NCBI GenBank assembly: GCA_007695355.1
Contig: REDX01000164.1
Coordinates: forward strand, 1 to 60,830
Length of the DNA: 60,830 nucleotides
Direction: 5' to 3'
From: Planctomycetota bacterium
GTDB lineage: Bacteria > Planctomycetota > UBA11346
Shown: piece after piece, positions 44,071 to 52,778 of the stretch
Layout of the letters: the number at the start of each line of letters is the position of its first letter
Numbering within the stretch: the first letter of the stretch is position 1
Translations under genes and position numbers: made by a program
The notes under the pieces: model-generated
Told to the model about the DNA's origin: nothing
The model's input: the letters and a program-made list of their open reading frames with translations, nothing else
The model's database searches: none

Positions 44071-46920
44071 TCATTCAAAGCCGTTCATCCGCGGCATCTC
44101 AATGTCTGATATAATAAAATCAAAATATTCACGCTGGCGCTGCAAGAGATCCCATGCCTGCTGACCATCCTCCACAACCTCCAATTCGATGCCTGGGATT
44201 TGAAGGTAAGAACTGACGAGCTTGGCGAAGAATTTATTATCCTCAGCCAATAGTACTCGGGTTACCCCGGACAGCTTCTGCTGTGCCGCAAAGGCTTCCG
44301 GCATGGCGCGTTCAGCCAAGGCATACAAGTCTACCAAGGTTACGACGTGGCCTTCATAATATGCCGTACCCACCACCCCATTCTTAGAGTCATTATGTGC
44401 ATCAAAGGATTCGGAGAAATCCGCTATGCGCAAATTAGAGCCCACCAGAATGCCAAGCGGCTTGGGCACCCGAGCCGGTAAGATCAGATGGTAGGCTTCA
44501 ACTTCACGATGGGGCGTTACCTCAAGATGCTCTTCTAGTCGTAACAAAGGAATGGTGGCATCCTTGAGTTGGTAGTATTCTCGCTTACCTATACGATGAA
44601 TGTCCTTGGCTGCGATTTGCTCTATCAAAGTGATCATCATTAAGGGGATGGCGAAAAATTCCCCCGGCGCATTCTCAAAGGTAATCATCTGCTGCGCTGT
44701 CTTCAAAGCTGATTTTGCCTGAAAGCGATGCTCTGGTAAATCATGCAGCCGCAGGCCTCGCTTCTCGACAATCCCCGCTACATCCAGCATCATAACCACC
44801 GATCCATCCCCCAGCACCGTGTGCCCGCAAAATCCCGGAACCGACTGTAAAAGTTTGGGGGTAGAACGCACCACCACCTCTTCGACGCCAACCACAGCAT
44901 CGACTAAAATGCCAAAGAGAGCACGGCGGAAATCTAATACGATCAGCGTCTGCCTATTTCTCCGGCGGTCTCCACCAGTGCGCTGATGGGCAAAGCGTTG
45001 GGCATTTTCATGGCTTTCTGTTTGTCGGCGATCAGCGATGCGAGATCGACGATCAAGCTTCACTTCACCAGTAAGCGGGTGAAGGAAGGTGCGTTCAAGA
45101 CTGAGGCAGTCTTCGAGATGGACGATGGCTAATACTTTATCGCGCAATTGATAGACATCTTCACCGTCTAACTGCTTAATGTAATCCCGCTGATCCTGGG
45201 GATCAATTTGGATAATCTCGTTCACCGCGGTCTGCGGCAAAACAAAGCGCTGACCTGCCACCTCGACAACAATGGCGGAAATCAGCGACGACGAGACAAC
45301 GGTCTGGGTGAGCGGCAGGCGAAATGCAAAGATCGTCCCGGCCCCAAGATTGGTGTGCACCTCTACGGCACCGCCAATGCGCTCGACATTGGTCTTCACC
45401 ACATCCATGCCGACACCACGACCTGAAACATCGGTGCTTTGATCTTTAGTGCTAAAACCAGGAGAAAAAATCAAATGCAATATCTCGCGTGGACTCATCG
45501 CGCGGGCCTTTTCTGCGCTAATCAATCCCTTGTCAATCGCCTTGGACCTTACCCGTTCATGATCGATGCCGCCGCCGTCATCCTCAATTTCGACAATAAC
45601 CTCACCGCTTTGATGGTAGGCCCGCAGCATAATCCGGCCAACTCGCGATTTTCCGCGCTCTTGACGCACAGCGGGATCCTCGATGGCATGATCAACAGCA
45701 TTGCGCACCATGTGATTCAAAGGATCGGCGAAGGCCTCGATGATCGTCCGGTCTAATTCTATGTCTGCTCCAATTGCCTGAAATTCTACTTCCTTGCCTA
45801 ATTTATTCGCCAGATCACGAACCGGCCGGCGAAAGCGCTCAAACAAGCTGCCAATGTGTTGCATCCGCTGCTGAACCACACTCTTGTGCATTTCCGTAAT
45901 GCATCGAGACAGCACCGCAAACGATATATCTTCTTGGAAATTGTAGCGCGAAAGCATTTGATTGCGCGCCATAACCATATTGCCAGTGGCCTCTAATAAC
46001 TCATCGAGTAAACGGGTACTCACCCGCATCGACGAGCCTTCGCTTGCCGCCGCATGGCCACCGGAGCTTTTCTTCTCCTTGGCCTGGGAAGAGGGTGGGG
46101 CAGGAGGCGGGGAAGAGATCGATTTGACTGGCGGTGAGGGGGCGACTTGCACTACTGCCTGATCCGCCGCCGGCTGCGGTCGATCAGGCACCGCAGCTGA
46201 AGCCTTCGCAAGGGGCAGGGCCGGCACCAACTGCCCCGCATGAAGCTCATAAAGGGAGGCAATGATATCTGCGGGCATTTCACTCTGCAGCTCTAACTCG
46301 ACCATCTGCCCAGCCTCGCTTGGCCGGATGTGCAGAGAGCACACCTCACCAATTTTGCTGAAACCCTCAAAAATGCCCTGGGCACAGTCGGGCAACCCAC
46401 GCAGCTGCGCTAATGGCGCCTCGATGCAATACCTTGTCACCGCCGACACAGACGGTGATGCTGGCACGCGATCCAGGGCCGATGCCTCTGACGCATCAAC
46501 CTCCACCGCCGCCGTTTCTACATCAGGCCTCGCTATTCCATCGATCTGCGGTGCCGCCGCAGCTGGGATTTGCCCATTCAAACGGCGACAAAGGTCAGCG
46601 ACATCGGCGTCCTCGCCCTCCAGCAAGCAGCCTAAACCGTCTACGGCGGCCAGCATTTGGTCGGCGATGGCAGGCGTCAGGGATAGGTTCCCCTTGCGTA
46701 CCTCGTCCATCAAAGCCTCGGCATGATGGGCCAAAGTCACTAAATCATTGAGATCGAGAAAGCCAGCACCGCCCTTAATTGAATGCACGGCGCGAAAGAT
46801 TTCATCCACGGTTTCAGCATCAACACCACCGCTGGACTCCAGACGCAGCAGATGCCGCTCCACCTGCGCCAGGGCGGCAAGGGATTCAGCCTTAAATTCC
46901 TCGGCCAAGGCTTCATCCAC
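44071..46920 (-). CDS. cheA: Hybrid chemotaxis histidine kinase CheA (HPt-dimer-HATPase-2xCheW-REC), REC interrupted by TGA
   Basis: FRAVHSIKG, HMVRNAVDHAIE, DDGGGID, PGFST, SGRGVGMDVVK, VLLAED, SDIEMP. Confidence 0.93.
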   Translation of the reverse strand: MDEALAEEFKAESLAALAQVERHLLRLESSGGVDAETVDEIFRAVHSIKGGAGFLDLNDLVTLAHHAEALMDEVRKGNLSLTPAIADQMLAAVDGLGCLLEGEDADVADLCRRLNGQIPAAAAPQIDGIARPDVETAAVEVDASEASALDRVPASPSVSAVTRYCIEAPLAQLRGLPDCAQGIFEGFSKIGEVCSLHIRPSEAGQMVELELQSEMPADIIASLYELHAGQLVPALPLAKASAAVPDRPQPAADQAVVQVAPSPPVKSISSPPPAPPSSQAKEKKSSGGHAAASEGSSMRVSTRLLDELLEATGNMVMARNQMLSRYNFQEDISFAVLSRCITEMHKSVVQQRMQHIGSLFERFRRPVRDLANKLGKEVEFQAIGADIELDRTIIEAFADPLNHMVRNAVDHAIEDPAVRQERGKSRVGRIMLRAYHQSGEVIVEIEDDGGGIDHERVRSKAIDKGLISAEKARAMSPREILHLIFSPGFSTKDQSTDVSGRGVGMDVVKTNVERIGGAVEVHTNLGAGTIFAFRLPLTQTVVSSSLISAIVVEVAGQRFVLPQTAVNEIIQIDPQDQRDYIKQLDGEDVYQLRDKVLAIVHLEDCLSLERTFLHPLTGEVKLDRRSRIADRRQTESHENAQRFAHQRTGGDRRRNRQTLIVLDFRRALFGILVDAVVGVEEVVVRSTPKLLQSVPGFCGHTVLGDGSVVMMLDVAGIVEKRGLRLHDLPEHRFQAKSALKTAQQMITFENAPGEFFAIPLMMITLIEQIAAKDIHRIGKREYYQLKDATIPLLRLEEHLEVTPHREVEAYHLILPARVPKPLGILVGSNLRIADFSESFDAHNDSKNGVVGTAYYEGHVVTLVDLYALAERAMPEAFAAQQKLSGVTRVLLAEDNKFFAKLVSSYLQIPGIELEVVEDGQQAWDLLQRQREYFDFIISDIEMPRMNGFE

Positions 46921-47217
46921 AGCGGAAGCCCAAGAGCAGATAGACTAGCACCGAAGTGCACTTTCGAGAGTTGGCTAATATTTGTCCATTATGAATGCTG
47001 GCCAAACCTTCCGCAACCATTAATTCCTTGGATCGACTGATAGGTTTGGATGTACAGCTTTGGCTATCAGCACCATTCTTTAAACAGTGTTAAGTAAGTA
47101 GACACACTACAGGACTATGATATAATAATATAGCATTTACTGACTGTGACACAGTCTCATGAAGCGGTACAGATAGAGGGGTTTTCCTTCATTTCGTTAC
47201 CCTCCAAAAAAAAAATC

Positions 47218-48384
47218 TCAAGCCAAGAATAACCCACGCACCTTTGAAGCCGGAACGGCATGCTCCATATCATCTCGGCGCAGCATCGTTACTGGTGTGA
47301 TTTTCCCCTCGTGCACCAAACGCCTAAGATCCCTGGCTGACACAATCATTTGCTCACGTGGCTTGACCGACACTGTCCACCGCTGCAATGGCGCCCCAGA
47401 CTGTGGGTTACCCTGCGATAAAACCGCCGCCAGCGCCCGCGAATCGGACCTATTTTCATCGTTCCGACGAGCCACTACTGGCCTGCCGATGAGGGTTGAA
47501 GGTGGGCGGAAAAGTCCCCTGCAGCGCACTGCTGCTATATATTGGCCACCTCCCTCTGGACGTAGCAAGGTTTTATGCTCAAGGCGTCCGCGGCGGGCTA
47601 GATTGCAGACATGCTCCCAACTTACCGCTGCACATTCAGACCCTTCAAGGACTACGTGCCAACGATGGGCCTCCGGATGATCCTCTGGTTGCACTACCAA
47701 AGAGCGTCCAAGGCTACTGAGATCCTGAGTGCTGAAGGCTCCGCTATCTTGGCGGGCAAACCCACTGCTTAGGGGTTTTGCCACTGGTGGCGTTGCCGTG
47801 CGATGATAACAGGGCAATTCGGCGGTAGCCATAGGATCTCCACCATTAAGCAGGGCATCAAGCCCTTGCCGCGGCAGCAGAGAATCTTCTGGCGCACCGC
47901 GAAGTCTTGCCGCCACTGGGCAATCCACCAACACTTGAGCCATGGCTTGCAAGGTTTCACGATTCAAACGGTTGTCTCCACAACTCACTGATGGTTGCCA
48001 AGTTCCGCTAAAAGGATTGAGCCAGCATCTATTGATGCGATCAAAGTAGCGCAATCGGGGTTCCCGCATAATGGTTTCGCGAATCCAATAATACCACCGA
48101 AGGCAATGCAGAATCCGCAGGCTTTTACGCGGTGCACTTACCCAGCGAGGATGGTTCTGCAGCCATCGAATCATCGCTTCCTGACCATCAAAGCCGATAT
48201 CTACTCGCTGGCAGGTTAATGGCTCGATCCAGTGTAAGCGGTCAAAGGTGAACACCTGAAACAGGACATCAGAACGCAAGAGCTCGATGATATCAGCCCG
48301 ACCAATACGCTGGGAGCCGGGGGGAACAGTGAGGCCATTATCTGCACGGCGTTGAGTGACCTGAGTAATAATCTGAGGTGGCAT
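47218..48384 (-). CDS. Hypothetical protein with two C-terminal GYF_2 (DUF4339)-like domains
   Basis: Two W...VS...L...G.(L/I)...T.LR......A....GLF units. Confidence 0.7.
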   Translation of the reverse strand: MPPQIITQVTQRRADNGLTVPPGSQRIGRADIIELLRSDVLFQVFTFDRLHWIEPLTCQRVDIGFDGQEAMIRWLQNHPRWVSAPRKSLRILHCLRWYYWIRETIMREPRLRYFDRINRCWLNPFSGTWQPSVSCGDNRLNRETLQAMAQVLVDCPVAARLRGAPEDSLLPRQGLDALLNGGDPMATAELPCYHRTATPPVAKPLSSGFARQDSGAFSTQDLSSLGRSLVVQPEDHPEAHRWHVVLEGSECAAVSWEHVCNLARRGRLEHKTLLRPEGGGQYIAAVRCRGLFRPPSTLIGRPVVARRNDENRSDSRALAAVLSQGNPQSGAPLQRWTVSVKPREQMIVSARDLRRLVHEGKITPVTMLRRDDMEHAVPASKVRGLFLA

Positions 48385-48547
48385 GCAGCGACTCCTGTAG
48401 CATAACGAGACATGGGGATGTCTTAGACCACACCGTTAAGTATCTCTTCGTTAATGGCAATTGTCTACGCACATACTGTTCCAAAGTCCAGTTCCTTCCC
48501 TCATCTTAGAGGCTTGGCCCCATCGGGAATTACGACATTATGCCCGC

Positions 48548-49300
48548 ATGCTAAATCTGATGGATGTATCGAAGACCTTCGTCGATCCGGGCCGAGGGGT
48601 GGTACGGGCGGTGGATGGGATCAGCCTGCGGGCTGAGGATGGGGTAGTGGTATTGGTGGGGGCCAATGGCGCCGGTAAAACCACCCTCCTGCGCCTGATC
48701 TCGGGGATTCTTAAGCCCGATAGCGGGCGCATTACCGTATGCGGCCATGATGTCAGCCAGGATCCCGATGCGGTGCGCCGACGTCTCGGCTATCTCTCCC
48801 CTGCCACCAAACTGTATCCACGCCTGACCGGGCGCGAAATGCTGGCCTATGCCGCGGGCTTTTACGGCCTTGAAACCAACGCCTGCAAGCAGGCCATTGA
48901 GCGGGTGACCAGCGCCTTCGGCCTGGAGGAATTTCTCAACCAGGCCTGCGGCAAGCTGTCGACGGGCCAGGCCCAACGGGTGAATCTCGCCCGCGCCCTG
49001 ATTGCCGACCCCCCCCTGCTGGTGCTCGATGAACCGACCACCGGCATGGATTTGGTGGCCGCCGCCGAAGTGGTTAAAGCCGTGGAGCAAGGCTCCCGCC
49101 CTGGCCGGCTGATCCTTTTCTGCACCCACGATACCTCGGAAGTCGAAGCGGTGGGCGGGCGTCTCCTGGTCATGCGCCGGGGCCAGATCGTTGAAGATGG
49201 GCCGGTCGCCGATTTGGGCGGCGGTCACCAGCTACGCAGCCATATCTATGCCGCCCTGGAGCATCAGCGCGGGGCTCCGGCGTCGGAGACATCGCCATGA
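48548..49300 (+). CDS. ABC transporter ATP-binding protein, NatA-like
   Basis: GANGAGKT, LSTGQ signature variant, LDEPT, CTH. Confidence 0.9.
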   Translation: MLNLMDVSKTFVDPGRGVVRAVDGISLRAEDGVVVLVGANGAGKTTLLRLISGILKPDSGRITVCGHDVSQDPDAVRRRLGYLSPATKLYPRLTGREMLAYAAGFYGLETNACKQAIERVTSAFGLEEFLNQACGKLSTGQAQRVNLARALIADPPLLVLDEPTTGMDLVAAAEVVKAVEQGSRPGRLILFCTHDTSEVEAVGGRLLVMRRGQIVEDGPVADLGGGHQLRSHIYAALEHQRGAPASETSP

Positions 49301-51495
49301 ATCCCCGCCTCGTCGCCCATATTTTCCGCAAGGAGGGTTTGGAAATCCTCCGCGATCGCCGCACCCTCTTCGTCAATGTCCTGCTGCCGATTCTGCTCTA
49401 TCCGGTGCTGGCAATTATGGGCATTCAACTCAGCCAGGTGGCGCAGCCGGGGCCCAGCGACTGGATGCGCCTGGCCATTGTCGACGGCGACCAGCGACTT
49501 TTAGGGGCCCTGCCCCTGGTCGGGCCCGAGGCCGCCAGCGAGCTGGCCGAGGTCGATGAGGGCCTGTTACGCAGCGGTGAACAGCCCTTGAGCCTGGTCA
49601 GCCTGGCCAGCGAGGATGCCGACTGGTTCCGCCAGCGGGCCAGCGATCTACGCGCCGCCGAGGACACCGACTCCATGCGCGAAGAGACGGTGAGCCGCCT
49701 GCGCCAGCAGCGCCTGGCAGTGGTCCTGGTTGCCGACCAGGATGAGCACCAACGCCAGCGCTACACCTTGCTGGTCGACGATGCCCACCCCCGCTTTGAT
49801 ATCGGCTGGCCGGTATTGCAGCGCCAACTGGGGGAGCTGCGCCAGCAACGCCTGCGCGAACACCTCAGCGGCCACGGTCTAGATGCCGAGACCGTTCTCG
49901 ACGCCCAGCCCAGCAGCACCTTCCGGCTCGCCGCCTCGGCGGAAAACCTGCGCGTGCGCTTAGCCGCGATTATCCCTATTATTCTCGTGATGCTGGCCAT
50001 TAGCGGTGCCTTCATGCCCGCCATCGACCTCATCGCCGGCGAGCGCGAACGCGGCACCCTCGAAACCCTCCTCGCCCTGCCCGGTGATCGCGGCGATATG
50101 TTTACCGGCAAGCTGCTGGTGGTGGCCGCCTCCAGCATTATCAATGTCTGCCTGAATTTGCTGAGCCTGGGGGTCACCGTGGCAATTATTGGCAGTAATC
50201 TGCCCATCCCCGGGGCCAGCGGCGGCAGCCTCATCGATCCGGTGACCCTTGCCCTGGCCGCCGTCATGCTGCTTCCCCTCTGCCTCACCCTGGCCGCGGT
50301 CTGCCTCGGCGTGGCTGGCCTCGCGGCCAGCACCAAGGAAGCGCAAAACTACCTCGGCCCCCTCTTTATTGTTATCCTCGCCCCCGCCATGGCCGCCCTA
50401 CTGCCCACCCTGGGCCCCAGCGCCGGCATCGATTTGGTACCCATTCTCGGCCAGGTTTTAGTTCTTAAGGAAATCCTCCAAGGCCCTGAAATTCCCTGGG
50501 GCCACGTCATTCTCTCCACCGTCAGTGCGGTGGTGGTGGCCTGGGTGGTGATCGGCTGGTCGGCGCGACTGCTGGAACAAGAGCACTTCCTCTTTCCCGG
50601 CATGCAGCGCGGCGGCTGGGGCATTTTCCGCCGCCCCGGAACCCTCCAGCCCAGCACCCCCGGCGGCCTGGAAGTGCTTGCCCTTTTCGCCGCCGCCATG
50701 GGCAGCTTCCTGGTGGTATCGGTGCTGGTAAGCGGACTGCCGCCGGGCCCGGCACTGATCCTCGCCCAGGCCGGCGGACTCCTCGCCCCCGTCCTTATCC
50801 ACACCACCCTCGGTGATTACAATCGCGAACAAACCCTCTTCCTGCGGCGCCCCAATGCCCGCGCCCTGGGCGTTTCCCTGGCCCTGGTGCCGCTGGCGAT
50901 GGCCCTCTCGATTGCCCTCGGCCAGGTTCAGGCCCCCTTTATCCCGCCCTCAAACATGGAGGAGCTGCGCATGCTGGAGGAGGTCTTGAATCGCATCCGT
51001 GCCCAGGGGGGCATCGTCCTGCTGCTGATTGTGGCGGCGGTAACCCCCGGTATCTGCGAAGAATTCCTCTGCCGCGGCTCCCTGCTCTCCGGCCTGCGCC
51101 GCAGCCTTGGCCCCATCGGCGCCATTGTCCTCTCGTCGATTATTTTCGGCCTTATGCACATGAGCCCCTGGCGCTTTGCGCCGCAGGCGGTGCTGGGAGT
51201 GGTGCTGGCGGTGCTGGTCCTGCGCAGCGGCAGCCTGTGGACCGCAGTCATCGTCCACATTGGCCACAACGCCCTGATTTTGGTGCTGGCCCTCAGCTTT
51301 GGCGAGGCCAGCGGCGCCGACGAACTTGACCCCTTAGCCATAAACCACCCAGCCGCCCCCCTCATGTGGCTGGGAATAGCCGCCTTCATTGGCCTCATTA
51401 TCTGGCGCCTGCTCGTCCTCTTGCCTAGCTCGCCAGGGGATTATGGTTCCACCATCAAGGATGACCACCATGCCCCACCAGATCGAGATCAGTGA
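49297..51495 (+). CDS. NatB-like ABC permease fused to CPBP (Abi/CAAX) intramembrane protease
   Basis: FRKE..EILRDRRT, AIDLIAGERERGTLETLL; EEFLCRG, FGLMH, HIGHN. Confidence 0.88.
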   Translation: MNPRLVAHIFRKEGLEILRDRRTLFVNVLLPILLYPVLAIMGIQLSQVAQPGPSDWMRLAIVDGDQRLLGALPLVGPEAASELAEVDEGLLRSGEQPLSLVSLASEDADWFRQRASDLRAAEDTDSMREETVSRLRQQRLAVVLVADQDEHQRQRYTLLVDDAHPRFDIGWPVLQRQLGELRQQRLREHLSGHGLDAETVLDAQPSSTFRLAASAENLRVRLAAIIPIILVMLAISGAFMPAIDLIAGERERGTLETLLALPGDRGDMFTGKLLVVAASSIINVCLNLLSLGVTVAIIGSNLPIPGASGGSLIDPVTLALAAVMLLPLCLTLAAVCLGVAGLAASTKEAQNYLGPLFIVILAPAMAALLPTLGPSAGIDLVPILGQVLVLKEILQGPEIPWGHVILSTVSAVVVAWVVIGWSARLLEQEHFLFPGMQRGGWGIFRRPGTLQPSTPGGLEVLALFAAAMGSFLVVSVLVSGLPPGPALILAQAGGLLAPVLIHTTLGDYNREQTLFLRRPNARALGVSLALVPLAMALSIALGQVQAPFIPPSNMEELRMLEEVLNRIRAQGGIVLLLIVAAVTPGICEEFLCRGSLLSGLRRSLGPIGAIVLSSIIFGLMHMSPWRFAPQAVLGVVLAVLVLRSGSLWTAVIVHIGHNALILVLALSFGEASGADELDPLAINHPAAPLMWLGIAAFIGLIIWRLLVLLPSSPGDYGSTIKDDHHAPPDRDQ

Positions 51496-51868
51496 CCAAA
51501 GCATCCGTATCGATGGAAAGCTCACCCCCCTGAGCGATGTCCTGCATGCAGAGGCCAGCATTATTGAAGACTGGATCCGCGTTGCAGTCATCCTCGCGGT
51601 GGCCTTGGTGGCACCGATTTTGGTTATGGTTGCCATTACCTTGGCTGATGGCAGCGCCCAACTGGGCCTGTGGTTTGGCCCGATTACCTTTGTCATCACC
51701 GCCATCCTTGGCCTCATCGGCTGCGCCATCGGCGCTGCCTGGAAAAAGCCGTGGGGGGTGATTATCGAGCGCGTCGAATTTGGCCACAGCACCCTGCTGC
51801 GCTGCGACTCCGCTGATGAGGCCGAGAGCCTCGCCGAGCGCATCCGCGCAACCATCAGCAAAGCCTAA
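51461..51868 (+). CDS. Hypothetical membrane protein (2 TM)
   Basis: ORF with two TM segments overlapping the natB end. Confidence 0.6.
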   Translation: MTTMPHQIEISDQSIRIDGKLTPLSDVLHAEASIIEDWIRVAVILAVALVAPILVMVAITLADGSAQLGLWFGPITFVITAILGLIGCAIGAAWKKPWGVIIERVEFGHSTLLRCDSADEAESLAERIRATISKA

Positions 51869-52136
51869 GAAAAGGCTCAGTCCACTCGCCGAAATTCGGC
51901 ACCGGCTCATGGGCGGCTCAAAGCTCACCCTGGATGAGGAATCCCCGCTTCGCGGTGGATGCTTTTAGCGCAAAAGCGCCCTGCTCAGGGTATTTTGCTG
52001 GCCGATCAGGAGATCGGCGATCCCGGGGGCAAGCCTTGAGCCGCCCTGGCGCAGGCCCCATCTTCGGCGTGGACTCGCCAGCGGATCAGCTAGGGTGCGG
52101 GCTCGTTTCGGGGCCATGCGCCCCAGGGAGTTCGCC

Positions 52137-52778
52137 ATGGGTCGCCTTATCTGTCTATACGCCACCTCCATTACCTGCGGTTTTTGCATGATGGCTCTGG
52201 AAATCCTCGGCGCCAGAGTCCTGCAGCCCTTCTTCGGCTCCGGCATTGATGTCTGGGCAGCGATTATTTCGGTCTTCATTCTCAGCCTTTCCATTGGTTA
52301 CTGGATGGGCGGCCGGATTGCCGACAAGGCCACCAACAATCGCCCCCTGGCGATTGTTATTATTATTGCCGCCATTTGCTATCTTCTGCTGCCGATCTGG
52401 GCGCGGCCAGCCCTTGAGGCCATGGGCCCAGAGGTGCACACTGCCCGCGGTGGCGTGCTCTTCGCCGCCCTGGTGCTCTTCCTCCCGCCCTCCCTCCTCC
52501 TTGGCTGCATTTCACCCATGCTGGTCAAGCTGGTCTTCGTTGGCGCCGAGCGGGTTGGCCGCTCCACCGGCACCCTCTATGCGGTCGGCAGCTTCGGCAA
52601 TGTCATGGGCATCCTGGCAACCGATTATATCCTCCTCGTCTCCTTTGATCTCAACCCCAATATTCAGGGCATGGGCATCGTTATGGGCCTGCTCGGCATT
52701 GCTCACTTACTGATCCCCATCGCCGGCACCAGCGAACGCAAGATCGACCCCCAAACCCTGGTTGAGGCCGCGCCATGA
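52137..52778 (+). CDS. Membrane half of a split MFS/spermidine-synthase-like protein
   Basis: GFCMMALEI...R.LQPFFGS, GYWMGGRIAD, GTLYA...G...G. Confidence 0.8.
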   Translation: MGRLICLYATSITCGFCMMALEILGARVLQPFFGSGIDVWAAIISVFILSLSIGYWMGGRIADKATNNRPLAIVIIIAAICYLLLPIWARPALEAMGPEVHTARGGVLFAALVLFLPPSLLLGCISPMLVKLVFVGAERVGRSTGTLYAVGSFGNVMGILATDYILLVSFDLNPNIQGMGIVMGLLGIAHLLIPIAGTSERKIDPQTLVEAAP

